Part shown: positions 1 to 8,759 of the stretch, in pieces
How the letters are laid out: every line of letters begins with the position of its first letter
Numbering within the stretch: the stretch's first letter is position 1
NCBI GenBank assembly: GCA_963775425.1
Contig: CAVZJB010000007.1
Span: forward strand, 224,001-288,000
Source of the DNA: an uncultured delta proteobacterium
GTDB taxonomy: Bacteria > Myxococcota > UBA727 > VGSZ01
Direction: 5' to 3'
DNA length: 64,000 bases
Made by a program: the position numbers and the translations under genes
The notes under the pieces: generated by a model
Database searches by the model: none
What the model was told of the DNA's origin: nothing
Seen by the model: only the letters and a program-made list of their open reading frames with translations

Positions 1-3000
1 GCGTCCCCGAGAACGACGCGGTCTGCGGCAGCCCCGACAGGCCGGCCTTGCGCACCGTGGTGGTGACGGTGGCGACGCTGCCGGAGTTGTCGGCGGCGAG
101 CGTGTCGAGCACCACCTGGTGGCTGGCCGCGTTGGTGAAGCTTGCGCCGCTGCTCTGGGTGCAGCTCGCGCAATCGACGAGGAGCGGGCCCGGCGCCTGG
201 CGGTCGAGGAAGATGACGGCGCTGCGCTCGGTGAGGTTGCCGGCGGCGTCGAAGAAGCGGCCGAACACCGTGACCTGTCCGTCGCCCGCGGGCGGCGCGG
301 GCGGGCTCAGATCGAAGGCGGTGTCGGCGAGCGGCAGGTCGCGCTCGTCGAAGGTGGACGGGTCGGTGTCGACGAACACGCCGGTGGTGTTGAGCTGCAC
401 CTTGGCCGCGTCGCCGCCCTGGTCGTTCACGCCCAGGGTGACGACGGGGTCGTTGGTGAAGGCGGCGCCCGCGTCGAGCGTGAAGGTGACGGCCGGCCCG
501 CGCGTGTCGAGCACAATGTCGACGTGGAAGGAATTGCTGTTGAGGGACGACGCGTTGCCGGCGGCGTCGGTGAGCTGGCCGAAGATGGTGTACGAGCCGT
601 CCACGGGCGGCAGCGCCACGCCCGGGACCAGGCGCGCGGTGTCGGGCGAGGGGGAGGGCGCGGGGATGACGCGGAAGGTGCCGTCGTCGACCACGGGCGA
701 CAGGCCGAAGCGCGTGCCGAACACCCCGGCGACGGCGTTGCCGGCGGCGTCGGCGACGTTGTTGTGGCCGGTTTGCACGGCGATGTCGAACTGCGCGCTG
801 CGGGAAAACAGCGTGCCGCCCGAGGACACGATGAAGCTGGAGCTCGGCGCAAAGCTCACGCCGTCGGTGAGCGCGGGCGGCGTGCGGTCGACGACGACGT
901 CGGCGCTGGCGGGGGTGGCGGAGCAGTTGCCCGCCTGGTCGCACGAAAACGCGAACGCGGTGTGCTTGCCCTCGTTGTCGTTCTCGAACGGGACGGCGCA
1001 CGCCGTGTCGTGGGGACACGCGGTCTGCGCCGGCGCCGACGCCGGCGCCGACGCCGCGAACACCACGCGCGCGTCCTTCAGGGGCGCGACGTTGCCGCTG
1101 CCGGGGTCGGCGTGCACGGTGACGCGGCCGACGGCCTCGTTGGTGAACCCGTCGACGAGCGCGGCCGTCCCTCTGGCGACGGTGGCGGTCACGCTCTGTG
1201 GCGGCGTGGTGTCGAAGACCACCTGCGACTGCAGCACGGGGCCGGGGCTGCCCTGCGTCGGCTGCAATTGGAGGAACACCGTGATCTTGCCCTCGCTCGG
1301 CCCGAGCGTGACGGACGGCGCCACGAAGCCGCTCGGCGTCGCGGGCGTCACGTCGACGAACGGCGGGTCGACGTCGGTCTCCTGAAACGGCGTGGTGGAC
1401 ACGCGGAACTTCGCGATGCCGTCGAAGCTGAGCCCGCCGACGTTCACGGTGGTGAGGTTGGTGAACTGAAGCGGCGTGCACCCCGGGTCGAGCACGGGCG
1501 CGGCGGCGCACAGGCGGAAGTCACCCGAGAGCTGCGCGAGCACGACGGGCGTCGGCTTGCCGGTGCCGTCGTCGTCGACGACGCTCTCGCGGTTGGCCAC
1601 CACCTCGATGCCGGGGACGTCGGACTCGATGAAGCCGTCGAAGAACGCGACGGCGAGGTAGCCGGTGTCGGCGGGGACGCCGGCGACGCGCCAGGTGCCG
1701 TCGGCGAAGGTGAGGGCGCTGGCGACGTCGTCGCCGAGGCTGTCGACGAGCGTGACCTGGATGCCGCTGTTGGTGAGCGCGCTCTCGCGCCCCTCGAGGA
1801 CGAAGCGCCCGACCAGCGACCCGCGCGGCAACAGGAGCGAGACGGGCGCCGCCGACGCCGACGTGGCCGGCGTGAGGGTGACGGCGGTGCTCCCGTCGAG
1901 GAAGGGCGCCGGGCCGCGCGCCACGACGGTGTACGTCTCGATGGGCGCGCCGCCGGCGGCGCCCACGGGGACGCCGGTGAAGGCATATGCGCCGTCGAGG
2001 TTGAACGCGCCCGCCACCGGCTGGGGGTTGCCGACGTCGACGGCGTTTTGCGTGCCGGCGTCCACGGTGATGACGGTGGCGCCCGCGGCGTTCACCAGCG
2101 ACACGCTCGCGCCGGTGACGTCGGCGCGGTTCTCCAGCGACACGTCTCCGCTGAGCTCGCCGGTGCGCGTGAGCGTCAGGGTGACGGGCACGGTGGTGCG
2201 CGTGAGGTTGCCGGCGCCGTCGAAGGCGTCGACGAGCAACTGCAGCGCCTGGCCGTCGGCGCCCGTGACGTCGAGGACCTCGGGCCCGGTGTAGGGGATG
2301 GTGCCTGCCACCACCGCGCCCTGCGCGCGCGCCGCGCCCTGGTTCTCGATGCGCCACGACGCCGGCTGCTCTCCTGCCCCGCCGCCGGAGGCCGGGGGCA
2401 CCGCCACGTCGACCGTCACCGAGGCGCCCGGCACCAGCGCGGCGCCCGCCTGCGTGATGACGCCGGCGGTGGCGACGAGCGCGGGGCTGTCGAGGGCGAC
2501 GCCGGCGACGTCGACGTCGAGGCTGCGCACGTCCACGAGCCCCACGTTGCCCGCGGCGTCCTCCGCCCACAGCCGCAGTGTGCGCGTCGCCGGCCCGGCC
2601 TTGTCGACGGCGGGTCCCTGCGCCTGCACGCGCGCGAGCTGGCCGAGGGTGCCGAGCGGCGTGAACTGCGTCGGCGCGGCGTCGTCGTCGAGGGTGATGA
2701 AGAAGCCGTGGACGCGGCTGGTGTCGTCGACGAGGTCGCCGGCGACGACGGGGTTCTCGCTCGGCAACGACGCCGCCGCGCACTCGACGTCGCCGAAGCG
2801 CGCGCAGTTGACGGGCACGTGGCCGGCGACGAGGTCGCCGTTTTCGTCGACGTCGAACACCGTGCGCGCGACGTCGTCGACGCTGACGTTCACGGCGCGC
2901 GGCGGCGTGGCGTCGAACACGAAGTCGAGCGGGATCTCGCGCGACACGAGCGGCGTCTGGAACGCGGGATCGGCGCAGGTGCCGTCGGGGTTCGGATCGG

Positions 3001-4006
3001 CGCAGGTGCAGCCGCCGAAGCACACCCGCAATTGCGCGAGCAGCGTGCGCGGCCCGTCGCCGCCGGCGACCTCGTAGTCGGCGGCGAGGACGTCGGCGCC
3101 GCCGCCGAGCGCCTGCCAAGCGTCCTCGGGCCCGGGGCGCGTGTCGTCGGTGTACACGCGCGCGAACGCGGTGAGGCTCGGATCGACGAACACGAGCGGC
3201 GCCACCGCCACGTGCGCCGGCGACGCGTTCAAAAACGGCGAAAACGGCGGCCGGTCCGGGTGGCCCTCGAAGTCGTCGATGGCGAACACGCGCCCGAGCG
3301 TGGTGAGGTGCAGCGGCTCCGCGAGGTCGACGGCGCCGTCGGCGACCTGGAAGAACGCCGTCGACGTCGGCGCGTAGTCGTCGCCGGTGGCCTCCACGCG
3401 GTAGCTGCCGGCGGCGACGTGCTTGAAGCTGAAGTCGCCGTTGTCGCTCAGGAACGCGAGCTGCCCGAGCTCGGGGTTCCTGTCCTCGGAGACGAGGCGC
3501 ACGAGGAAGCTCGCGCCGCCTTCGGCGCCGTCGACGCTGCCGTTCACGGAGCCGGGGACGTCGTTCAGGTCGCGCCGCTGCGGCGCGAGGTTCCGCACGG
3601 CGACGTCGCCGGGGAGGAGCTTGGCGGGCTCGGCGAGCGCGTCGAGGAAGAGCGGCTCGGCGTTGAGCGCCGCGTCGAACTTCACGGTGTACGTGCCCGG
3701 CTGAAGGCCGCCGATCTGAAACGACTTGCCCGGCGCGTCGTCGAGGCCATCGGGCAACGGCGCCCCCGCGACGAGGGTCGGGAACTGCGCCACCGCGCCG
3801 GTGCCGGAGTCGACGAGGGGCTGGCCGCGCGCGTCGAGCACGGTGAGGAGCGCGGGGTCCTTGGTGATGTCTCCTTGCAGGTGCCCGACGATGCGCGCCT
3901 TCTGCTGCAGCTCGGCGGGCGCGTCCGGATCGAACGGGTTCGAGGGCGCACACGCGGCGACAACGACGACGACGACGCCGGTAGACAGGAGAGATCGCAT
4001 GAGCAT
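1..4006 (-). CDS. Large multi-domain lipoprotein (carboxypeptidase-regulatory-like and Ig-like repeats), runs off the left edge
   Basis: Read manually; absent from the ORF track because it has no stop in the window. Starts MLMRSLLSTGVVVVVVAAC-APSNPFDPD (lipobox). Contains GGLQPGTYTVKF and HVAAGSYRVEA motifs and repeated D-x-AGN Ig-like motifs. The antisense shadow ORFs stay in one frame, so no frameshift is apparent. Confidence 0.8.
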   Translation of the reverse strand, partial: MLMRSLLSTGVVVVVVAACAPSNPFDPDAPAELQQKARIVGHLQGDITKDPALLTVLDARGQPLVDSGTGAVAQFPTLVAGAPLPDGLDDAPGKSFQIGGLQPGTYTVKFDAALNAEPLFLDALAEPAKLLPGDVAVRNLAPQRRDLNDVPGSVNGSVDGAEGGASFLVRLVSEDRNPELGQLAFLSDNGDFSFKHVAAGSYRVEATGDDYAPTSTAFFQVADGAVDLAEPLHLTTLGRVFAIDDFEGHPDRPPFSPFLNASPAHVAVAPLVFVDPSLTAFARVYTDDTRPGPEDAWQALGGGADVLAADYEVAGGDGPRTLLAQLRVCFGGCTCADPNPDGTCADPAFQTPLVSREIPLDFVFDATPPRAVNVSVDDVARTVFDVDENGDLVAGHVPVNCARFGDVECAAASLPSENPVVAGDLVDDTSRVHGFFITLDDDAAPTQFTPLGTLGQLARVQAQGPAVDKAGPATRTLRLWAEDAAGNVGLVDVRSLDVDVAGVALDSPALVATAGVITQAGAALVPGASVTVDVAVPPASGGGAGEQPASWRIENQGAARAQGAVVAGTIPYTGPEVLDVTGADGQALQLLVDAFDGAGNLTRTTVPVTLTLTRTGELSGDVSLENRADVTGASVSLVNAAGATVITVDAGTQNAVDVGNPQPVAGAFNLDGAYAFTGVPVGAAGGAPIETYTVVARGPAPFLDGSTAVTLTPATSASAAPVSLLLPRGSLVGRFVLEGRESALTNSGIQVTLVDSLGDDVASALTFADGTWRVAGVPADTGYLAVAFFDGFIESDVPGIEVVANRESVVDDDGTGKPTPVVLAQLSGDFRLCAAAPVLDPGCTPLQFTNLTTVNVGGLSFDGIAKFRVSTTPFQETDVDPPFVDVTPATPSGFVAPSVTLGPSEGKITVFLQLQPTQGSPGPVLQSQVVFDTTPPQSVTATVARGTAALVDGFTNEAVGRVTVHADPGSGNVAPLKDARVVFAASAPASAPAQTACPHDTACAVPFENDNEGKHTAFAFSCDQAGNCSATPASADVVVDRTPPALTDGVSFAPSSSFIVSSGGTLFSRSAQFDIAVQTGHNNVADAAGNAVAGVFGTRFGLSPVVDDGTFRVIPAPSPSPDTARLVPGVALPPVDGSYTIFGQLTDAAGNASSLNSNSFHVDIVLDTRGPAVTFTLDAGAAFTNDPVVTLGVNDQGGDAAKVQLNTTGVFVDTDPSTFDERDLPLADTAFDLSPPAPPAGDGQVTVFGRFFDAAGNLTERSAVIFLDRQAPGPLLVDCASCTQSSGASFTNAASHQVVLDTLAADNSGSVATVTTTVRKAGLSGLPQTASFSGT

Positions 4007-4163
4007 GAGCGGCCCGGGGCAATAGGGAGCACGCAGTGTAGCGGGCGCCCGGCCGACGGCGAGGGGGCAAAAAAGCCCTCCAAGAACCAGGGGCCTCAAA
4101 TCGAAACGCTCACGAGCGGCTGCCGGCGGCGGGAGGAGCGCCGAAGGCGCGCGCGCGGCGGTA

Positions 4164-4223
4164 GACATTCACGGCGGGCGCGACGTCGTCGTCAGCGACA
4201 AACGTCGGCCCGCCGTGAATGTC
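4164..4223. repeat. Perfect 16-bp inverted repeat (hairpin) within an intergenic repeat element downstream of the DsbA gene
   Basis: GACATTCACGGCGGGC (4164-4179) pairs with GCCCGCCGTGAATGTC (4208-4223), with inner CGACGT/ACGTCG pairing. Confidence 0.8.
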
Positions 4224-4238
4224 GTAACGCCGCTCAAA

Positions 4239-4958
4239 TCAGCCGAGGTTCTTTTCCTTGATGAGCTGCTTCACGCCGTCCACGGAGCGGGTGCGGAGCT
4301 CCCAGCCGTTGACGAAGAGCGACGGCGTGCCGCGGACGTGGCCTTCCTTGGCGCCGAGCTCGGACTCCTTCTTGATGATGTCCTCGAACTTGGCGTCGTC
4401 GTCCTTGAGGGCCTTCTCGAACTTCTTCACGTCGACACCGACCTCACCCGCCCACTTGCTGTAGTTCTCGGGGGAGAGCTGGCGCTGGTTCTCGAAGAGC
4501 TTGCGCGAGAACTCCCAGAACTTGGCGTCGCCCGCGAGCTCGCGAACGGCCAGCGCCGCCTTGGACGCCGGGCGCGCGTTCTGGTGGAACGACAGCGGGA
4601 ACTGCTTGTAGACGACGTTGACCTTGTCCTTCAGCTCGGGATCCGCCACGACTTCGCGGAGCATGGGCTCCACGCGCGAGCAGAACGGGCACTGGTAGTC
4701 GGACCAGATCATCAGCGTGATCTTCGCGTCCTTCTTGCCGAGCACCGGGCTGTCGCCGACGGGCAGGGTGTAGGCCGTGGTCTGCGGCGGCGGGGGCGCC
4801 GGACGCCGCGGGCTGGGGCCGCGCTTCTCGAGGGCCTCGACCTTCTTCTCGAGCTTCTCGATGCGCTCGACGAGCTCCTTGCTTCCGCCGCCGCCCGGGG
4901 GCTGGCAGGCGGCGAGGACGCCGAGGATGGAGGAGGTGATGATGAGCTTCTTCAGCAT
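4239..4958 (-). CDS. DsbA/thioredoxin-like lipoprotein
   Basis: MLKKLIITSSILGVLAAC lipobox; WSDYQCPFC active site; KQFPLSFH; cis-Pro motif VRGTPSLFVNG. Confidence 0.9.
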   Translation of the reverse strand: MLKKLIITSSILGVLAACQPPGGGGSKELVERIEKLEKKVEALEKRGPSPRRPAPPPPQTTAYTLPVGDSPVLGKKDAKITLMIWSDYQCPFCSRVEPMLREVVADPELKDKVNVVYKQFPLSFHQNARPASKAALAVRELAGDAKFWEFSRKLFENQRQLSPENYSKWAGEVGVDVKKFEKALKDDDAKFEDIIKKESELGAKEGHVRGTPSLFVNGWELRTRSVDGVKQLIKEKNLG

Positions 4959-5056
4959 TGTCTTTTCCTTGTTGGTTGACTTGCGTACGAACGAAACGAG
5001 CGATGCGGGGTGCCGCACGCGGCGCACTGTCACCAGGCTGGCGCGCGGCGAGCGGC

Positions 5057-5536
5057 CTACGACGGCGGCACGCTGAAGCGGGCGTGGCCGTCGCGCAGCC
5101 CGCCGGCGCCGTCCGTCGGGGCGGCGGCGAGGACTCGCGCGAAGACGGGGGGCAGCCGGGCGCCGGACGCGGCGGCGGCCGCGGCCGCGGTGAACGCGGA
5201 CGACGGCGGCGGCGCGGGCAGCGCGGGGGCGTCCTCGAAGTGCGCGCCGGAGCCCGCGTCGGCGAGCGCCGGGATGTCGATCTGACAGAGCAGCACGCCG
5301 GCGGTGGTGACGACGTACACGGCCGCGTCGGCGCAGCCAGCCGCGCCCCCCATGCTGACGCCGTCGGCGAGGGCGCAGGGCAGGATCACGCGCTCGGGCT
5401 CGGGCTCGGCGGCCGCGGGCTCGTCGGCGTCGGCGTCGGCCTTGCCTTCTTCACAGAGCTGAAACGCGTGCGCCGGCATCGCGAACGAAGCCACGGCGAG
5501 GGTGAGGCAGGCGCAAAGTGCGAGCCTGGTGAGCAC
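5057..5536 (-). CDS. Hypothetical secreted protein
   Basis: GTG start, signal-like LTRLALCACLTLAVASFAMPAHA, C-terminal Pro-rich tail. Start position is uncertain. Confidence 0.5.
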   Translation of the reverse strand: MLTRLALCACLTLAVASFAMPAHAFQLCEEGKADADADEPAAAEPEPERVILPCALADGVSMGGAAGCADAAVYVVTTAGVLLCQIDIPALADAGSGAHFEDAPALPAPPPSSAFTAAAAAAASGARLPPVFARVLAAAPTDGAGGLRDGHARFSVPPS

Positions 5537-5605
5537 GGCGACCCGGGTCTTAACAAACACGAACCGGATGCGCGAGGCCGATCGCAACCGGTAGAATGGG
5601 CCTGG

Positions 5606-6025
5606 ATGCCCTTCACCGCCGAGGACATGGGGAACTACTTCGACGCCTACGGGTGGAAGTACGAGCGCCGGGAGGGCACCGTGTTCCGCACCGGCTTCGT
5701 CGGAGACACGGGCCACTACGACATCTGGCTGAAGGTGACCGACACCTGGGTCTATTTCGCCATCAACCCCTACGTGCCCCGCCCGACGGGGCGCTCCCAC
5801 GGAGCCGGGACCCTGCACGCCATGCTCAAGGCCAACCACGAGCTGAACCTGGCCAAGTTCGCGGTCGACGACGACGGCGACCTGCTGTTGTCGGTGGAAT
5901 TGCCCTGCGAGGGATTCTGCTACACGCACTTCGCCGACGCCCTCACGGCCCTCGCCCACTACGCGGACGACTACCGCGAGCGCATCGAAGAAGCCGTCGC
6001 CGCGGACGCCGCGGAGACCGTGTGA
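5606..6025 (+). CDS. YbjN-domain protein (T3SS-chaperone-like fold)
   Basis: MPFTAEDMGNYFDAYGW...MLKANHELNLAKFAVDDDGDLLLSVELP matches the YbjN/CesT-like N-x5-KF-x-D-x-DG pattern. TAGAAT lies 8 nt upstream of the ATG. Confidence 0.75.
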   Translation: MPFTAEDMGNYFDAYGWKYERREGTVFRTGFVGDTGHYDIWLKVTDTWVYFAINPYVPRPTGRSHGAGTLHAMLKANHELNLAKFAVDDDGDLLLSVELPCEGFCYTHFADALTALAHYADDYRERIEEAVAADAAETV

Positions 6026-6029
6026 CCCC

Positions 6030-6461
6030 ATGAAGACCCAGGCGCGCGCGGCGCGGACGTCGGCGGCGGAGGTGGCGCGGTTCTTCCGTCGCTACGGCTG
6101 GAGCTTCGAGCGCCTCGAGGAGGACACGTTCCGCACCGGCTTCCGCGGCAAAAACGCCGCGTTCGTGGCGCTGGTGAGGGTGACGCCGCACTGGGTGGTG
6201 TTCACGGTGAACCCGCTGCTGCGCTGCCCCGAGGACGGCTTCGGCGTGGCCACGCTGCGCGCGCTGGCCATCGCCAACCAGCAAGCCAACCTCGCCAAGC
6301 TCGGCATCGACGACGACGGCGACGCCTTCATCAACGTCGAGCTCCCGTCCGAAGGCTTCGCGTTCTCCCACTTCGTCGCGGCGCTGGGCGCGCTCGCGCA
6401 CTTCGCCGACACGTTCATCGTGATGCTGCTGCAAGCCAAGGCCATCGACGACAGGAACTGA
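6030..6461 (+). CDS. YbjN-domain protein, tandem paralogue
   Basis: FFRRYGWSFER...FRTGF...ANQQANLAKLGIDDDGDAFINVELPSEGF, clearly similar to the upstream gene. Confidence 0.75.
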   Translation: MKTQARAARTSAAEVARFFRRYGWSFERLEEDTFRTGFRGKNAAFVALVRVTPHWVVFTVNPLLRCPEDGFGVATLRALAIANQQANLAKLGIDDDGDAFINVELPSEGFAFSHFVAALGALAHFADTFIVMLLQAKAIDDRN

Positions 6462-6462
6462 A

Positions 6463-6605
6463 AGGCTGACGAAAATGCGGCTCGTAGCAGCACTCGGCGA
6501 AGCCGCCCACAAGGTGGCTCGCCGCGCGGAGTACGTGGCGAGGCACGTCGGCGCGCATCGGGCCAGCCCTCGTCGCCACTCGCGGCGCACGTTACGCGTC
6601 AGCCT
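6463..6605. repeat. MITE/REP-like intergenic element with 9-bp terminal inverted repeats
   Basis: AGGCTGACG (6463-6471) and CGTCAGCCT (6597-6605) bracket the gap between convergent genes. The internal GCACTCGGCGAAGCCGCCC resembles 30401-30423. Confidence 0.5.
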
Positions 6606-6614
6606 CGCGCAGCG

Positions 6615-7214
6615 TCAGCAGTCGGGGTCGCTCGCGCACGTGCTGTCGCAGACGCCGTCGACGGCGGCGCAGGGGTCGGCGCCGGCGGCGAGGGGATCGT
6701 CCCACAGCTCGAGGTCGAGGCTCTCGTACGTGGTGGGCGTGGCGCCGAGACCGAAGGCGAGCGAGGTCACGAGGAGGTTCACGCCCGTGGCGGAGTTGGC
6801 GAGGTTTCGCCACTGGACGCCGGCGCCGATCTCGAGGCCCACGTGCGGGCCCTCGTATGACCCCAGCAACCCGCGCGCGCTGACGCCGCCGCCCTCGGGG
6901 AGATCGAACGGGTACTGCGCGCCGTCGAGCCTGGGCTCGAAGGAGGCGTCGGCGACGAGCCCGACCATGGTCCCATCGAGCCGCGCATCGAAGTCGTGCT
7001 CCTCGCCTTCGAGGTCGTGCACGAGGAGGGTGGCGTCTCCTTCGATGTGACCGACGCCGAGGCCGGCCTGCCACATGCCGAGGTCGACGAGCTGCGCGTC
7101 GGCGACGCTGAAGCCGAGCGGATCGCTCGGGTTCGCGCCGCAGCCGGCGCCGCTCGAGTCGGCGGGCGGCCGACAGCCGGCGAACAAGAGGCACAGGACA
7201 ATCGCGCGTCTCAT
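6615..7214 (-). CDS. Lipoprotein with a Gly-rich beta domain (possibly EipA/DUF1134-like) and a C-terminal Cys motif
   Basis: MRRAIVLCLLFAGC lipobox; GSYEG..GLEIGAG...LANSATGVNL; ends DPCAAVDGVCDSTCASDPDC. The family assignment is tentative. Confidence 0.65.
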   Translation of the reverse strand: MRRAIVLCLLFAGCRPPADSSGAGCGANPSDPLGFSVADAQLVDLGMWQAGLGVGHIEGDATLLVHDLEGEEHDFDARLDGTMVGLVADASFEPRLDGAQYPFDLPEGGGVSARGLLGSYEGPHVGLEIGAGVQWRNLANSATGVNLLVTSLAFGLGATPTTYESLDLELWDDPLAAGADPCAAVDGVCDSTCASDPDC

Positions 7215-7318
7215 CGGCTCGGATTGTGCCCCGGGCCGCTCGTCGCGCAAGCGCGACATTCGTGTCGCTCCTTCGACGCGGCGGGCGGCGCCGGCGTCGA
7301 CCACGCGCACCGACCGCG

Positions 7319-8323
7319 TCAGCCGAGCGCCGCGCGCCGGACGCGGTCGCGCACGGCGTCCCACGCGTCCCCGGCGGGGACGGCCTCGATGACGACGTCG
7401 GCGGCGCCGCTGCGCTCGAGCCGGTAGAGCGCCGCGTACAGCCCGCGCCCGTACCCGCCGACGTCGTCGGGGAGCACCTCGAGCGGCGCGACGCGCGTCC
7501 CGAGCGCCGCCCGCGTCGACGCGCGCACGAGGAGCGCCGCGGGGCCTGGCCAGGCGCCGGCGACGTCGTCTACGACGGCGACGCGCTTGCCGAGCGGCGC
7601 GTAGTGCCTGTGCCGCAGCCCCGGCGACGCCTCCTGCGGCGCGGCGCCGCTCCGATCGGGGGCCGGCGCGCGAACGTCGGGGAGCACCCGGCGCACCGCC
7701 TCGGCGGACAGCGCGCCCGGGCGAAGGATCACCGGCGCCGCTCCGCTCACGTCGACGACGGTGCTCTCGATCCCCTGCGCGCACGGGCCGCCGTCGACGA
7801 CGGCGTCGATCCTCCCGTCGAGGCTCGCGAGCACGTCATCGGCCGTGGTCGGGCTCGGCCGCCCCGACGCGTTCGCCGACGGCGCCGCGAGCGGCTCGCC
7901 GAGCGCGGAGAGCACGCGCAGGAAGACGTCGTGCGCCGGCACGCGCACGGCGACCTTCGACAGGCCGGCGGTGACGACGTCGGAGACGATGCCGCTCTTG
8001 TCGGCGACGACGGTGATCGGGCCGGGCGCGAACGCCGCGAGCAGCGCGCGCGCGCGCCCCCGGGGCGGGGCGGCGGCGCTCTCGAAGCGCCACAGGGGCA
8101 TCGCGTCCGCCGGCGACGCCACGTGGACGATCACGGGGTTGTCCTGCGGACGCCCCTTCGCGCGAAAGATGGCGCGAACGCACTCGTCGTCGAGCGCCCG
8201 GCCCGCGAGCCCGTACACGGTCTCGGTGGGCAGCGCCACGAGGCCGCCGGCGCGCAAGACGCGCACCACCTCGTCGAGGTCACCGGGCCCGAGCCTCCGC
8301 GTCTGCACCGGCTCGGTATACAC
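7319..8323 (-). CDS. sua5: L-threonylcarbamoyladenylate synthase (Sua5/TsaC with SUA5 domain)
   Basis: VALPTETVYGL, AKGRPQDNPVIVH, AAPSANASGRPSPT, GIESTVVD, SPGLRHRHYAP. Confidence 0.95.
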   Translation of the reverse strand: MYTEPVQTRRLGPGDLDEVVRVLRAGGLVALPTETVYGLAGRALDDECVRAIFRAKGRPQDNPVIVHVASPADAMPLWRFESAAAPPRGRARALLAAFAPGPITVVADKSGIVSDVVTAGLSKVAVRVPAHDVFLRVLSALGEPLAAPSANASGRPSPTTADDVLASLDGRIDAVVDGGPCAQGIESTVVDVSGAAPVILRPGALSAEAVRRVLPDVRAPAPDRSGAAPQEASPGLRHRHYAPLGKRVAVVDDVAGAWPGPAALLVRASTRAALGTRVAPLEVLPDDVGGYGRGLYAALYRLERSGAADVVIEAVPAGDAWDAVRDRVRRAALG

Positions 8324-8383
8324 GGGCGAGCCGACGTCCCCCAGCCGCCGTGACCGCGGCGCCGGCCGCCGCGGGGGCGCCGC

Positions 8384-8668
8384 TCAAATCGTCGTCGTCG
8401 CCTGGAGCCGGCCGCGCGCCCAGCCGTCGTGAGCGTCCATCCAGCGCACCGCGGCCCAGTACCAGCCGGCGGCCGCGTAGAAGGCGGCGCCCGCGAGGAA
8501 CACCGGAGAGCCCATCAGCCCGACGAGCACGGTCCCCGTCGCGAGCAGCGCCGAGGCCAACGCATAGAACACGGCGGTGTTGCGCGAGTGGACCTGCCAG
8601 AGGCTGAGCCGCACCCAGAGCGGGCGCTCGGCGTCTCTTCGCGCGGGGATCAGGGTCGACGTGTCCAT
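8384..8668 (-). CDS. Small two-TM membrane protein
   Basis: RPLWVRLSLW followed by two hydrophobic segments and WYWAAVRWMD. CACCAT lies 7 nt upstream of the ATG. Confidence 0.65.
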   Translation of the reverse strand: MDTSTLIPARRDAERPLWVRLSLWQVHSRNTAVFYALASALLATGTVLVGLMGSPVFLAGAAFYAAAGWYWAAVRWMDAHDGWARGRLQATTTI

Positions 8669-8759
8669 ACCCTCGATGGTGGCACGCGGGCGCCGGCGCC
8701 TTCCATGCCCCGGTGTGCGATGCGTTGGCACCCGCCGCCGCTCCGGGTACACCGCGGCC

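Noticed and set aside
119-4261. 1380-aa plus-strand ORF, and similar long antisense or alternate-frame ORFs (e.g. 33585-38534, 57129-60383, 40011-42809, 52995-56087)
   Set aside because: These are shadow ORFs caused by extreme GC3 bias on the opposite-strand genes. They are Arg/Gly/Ala-rich with no domain motifs.
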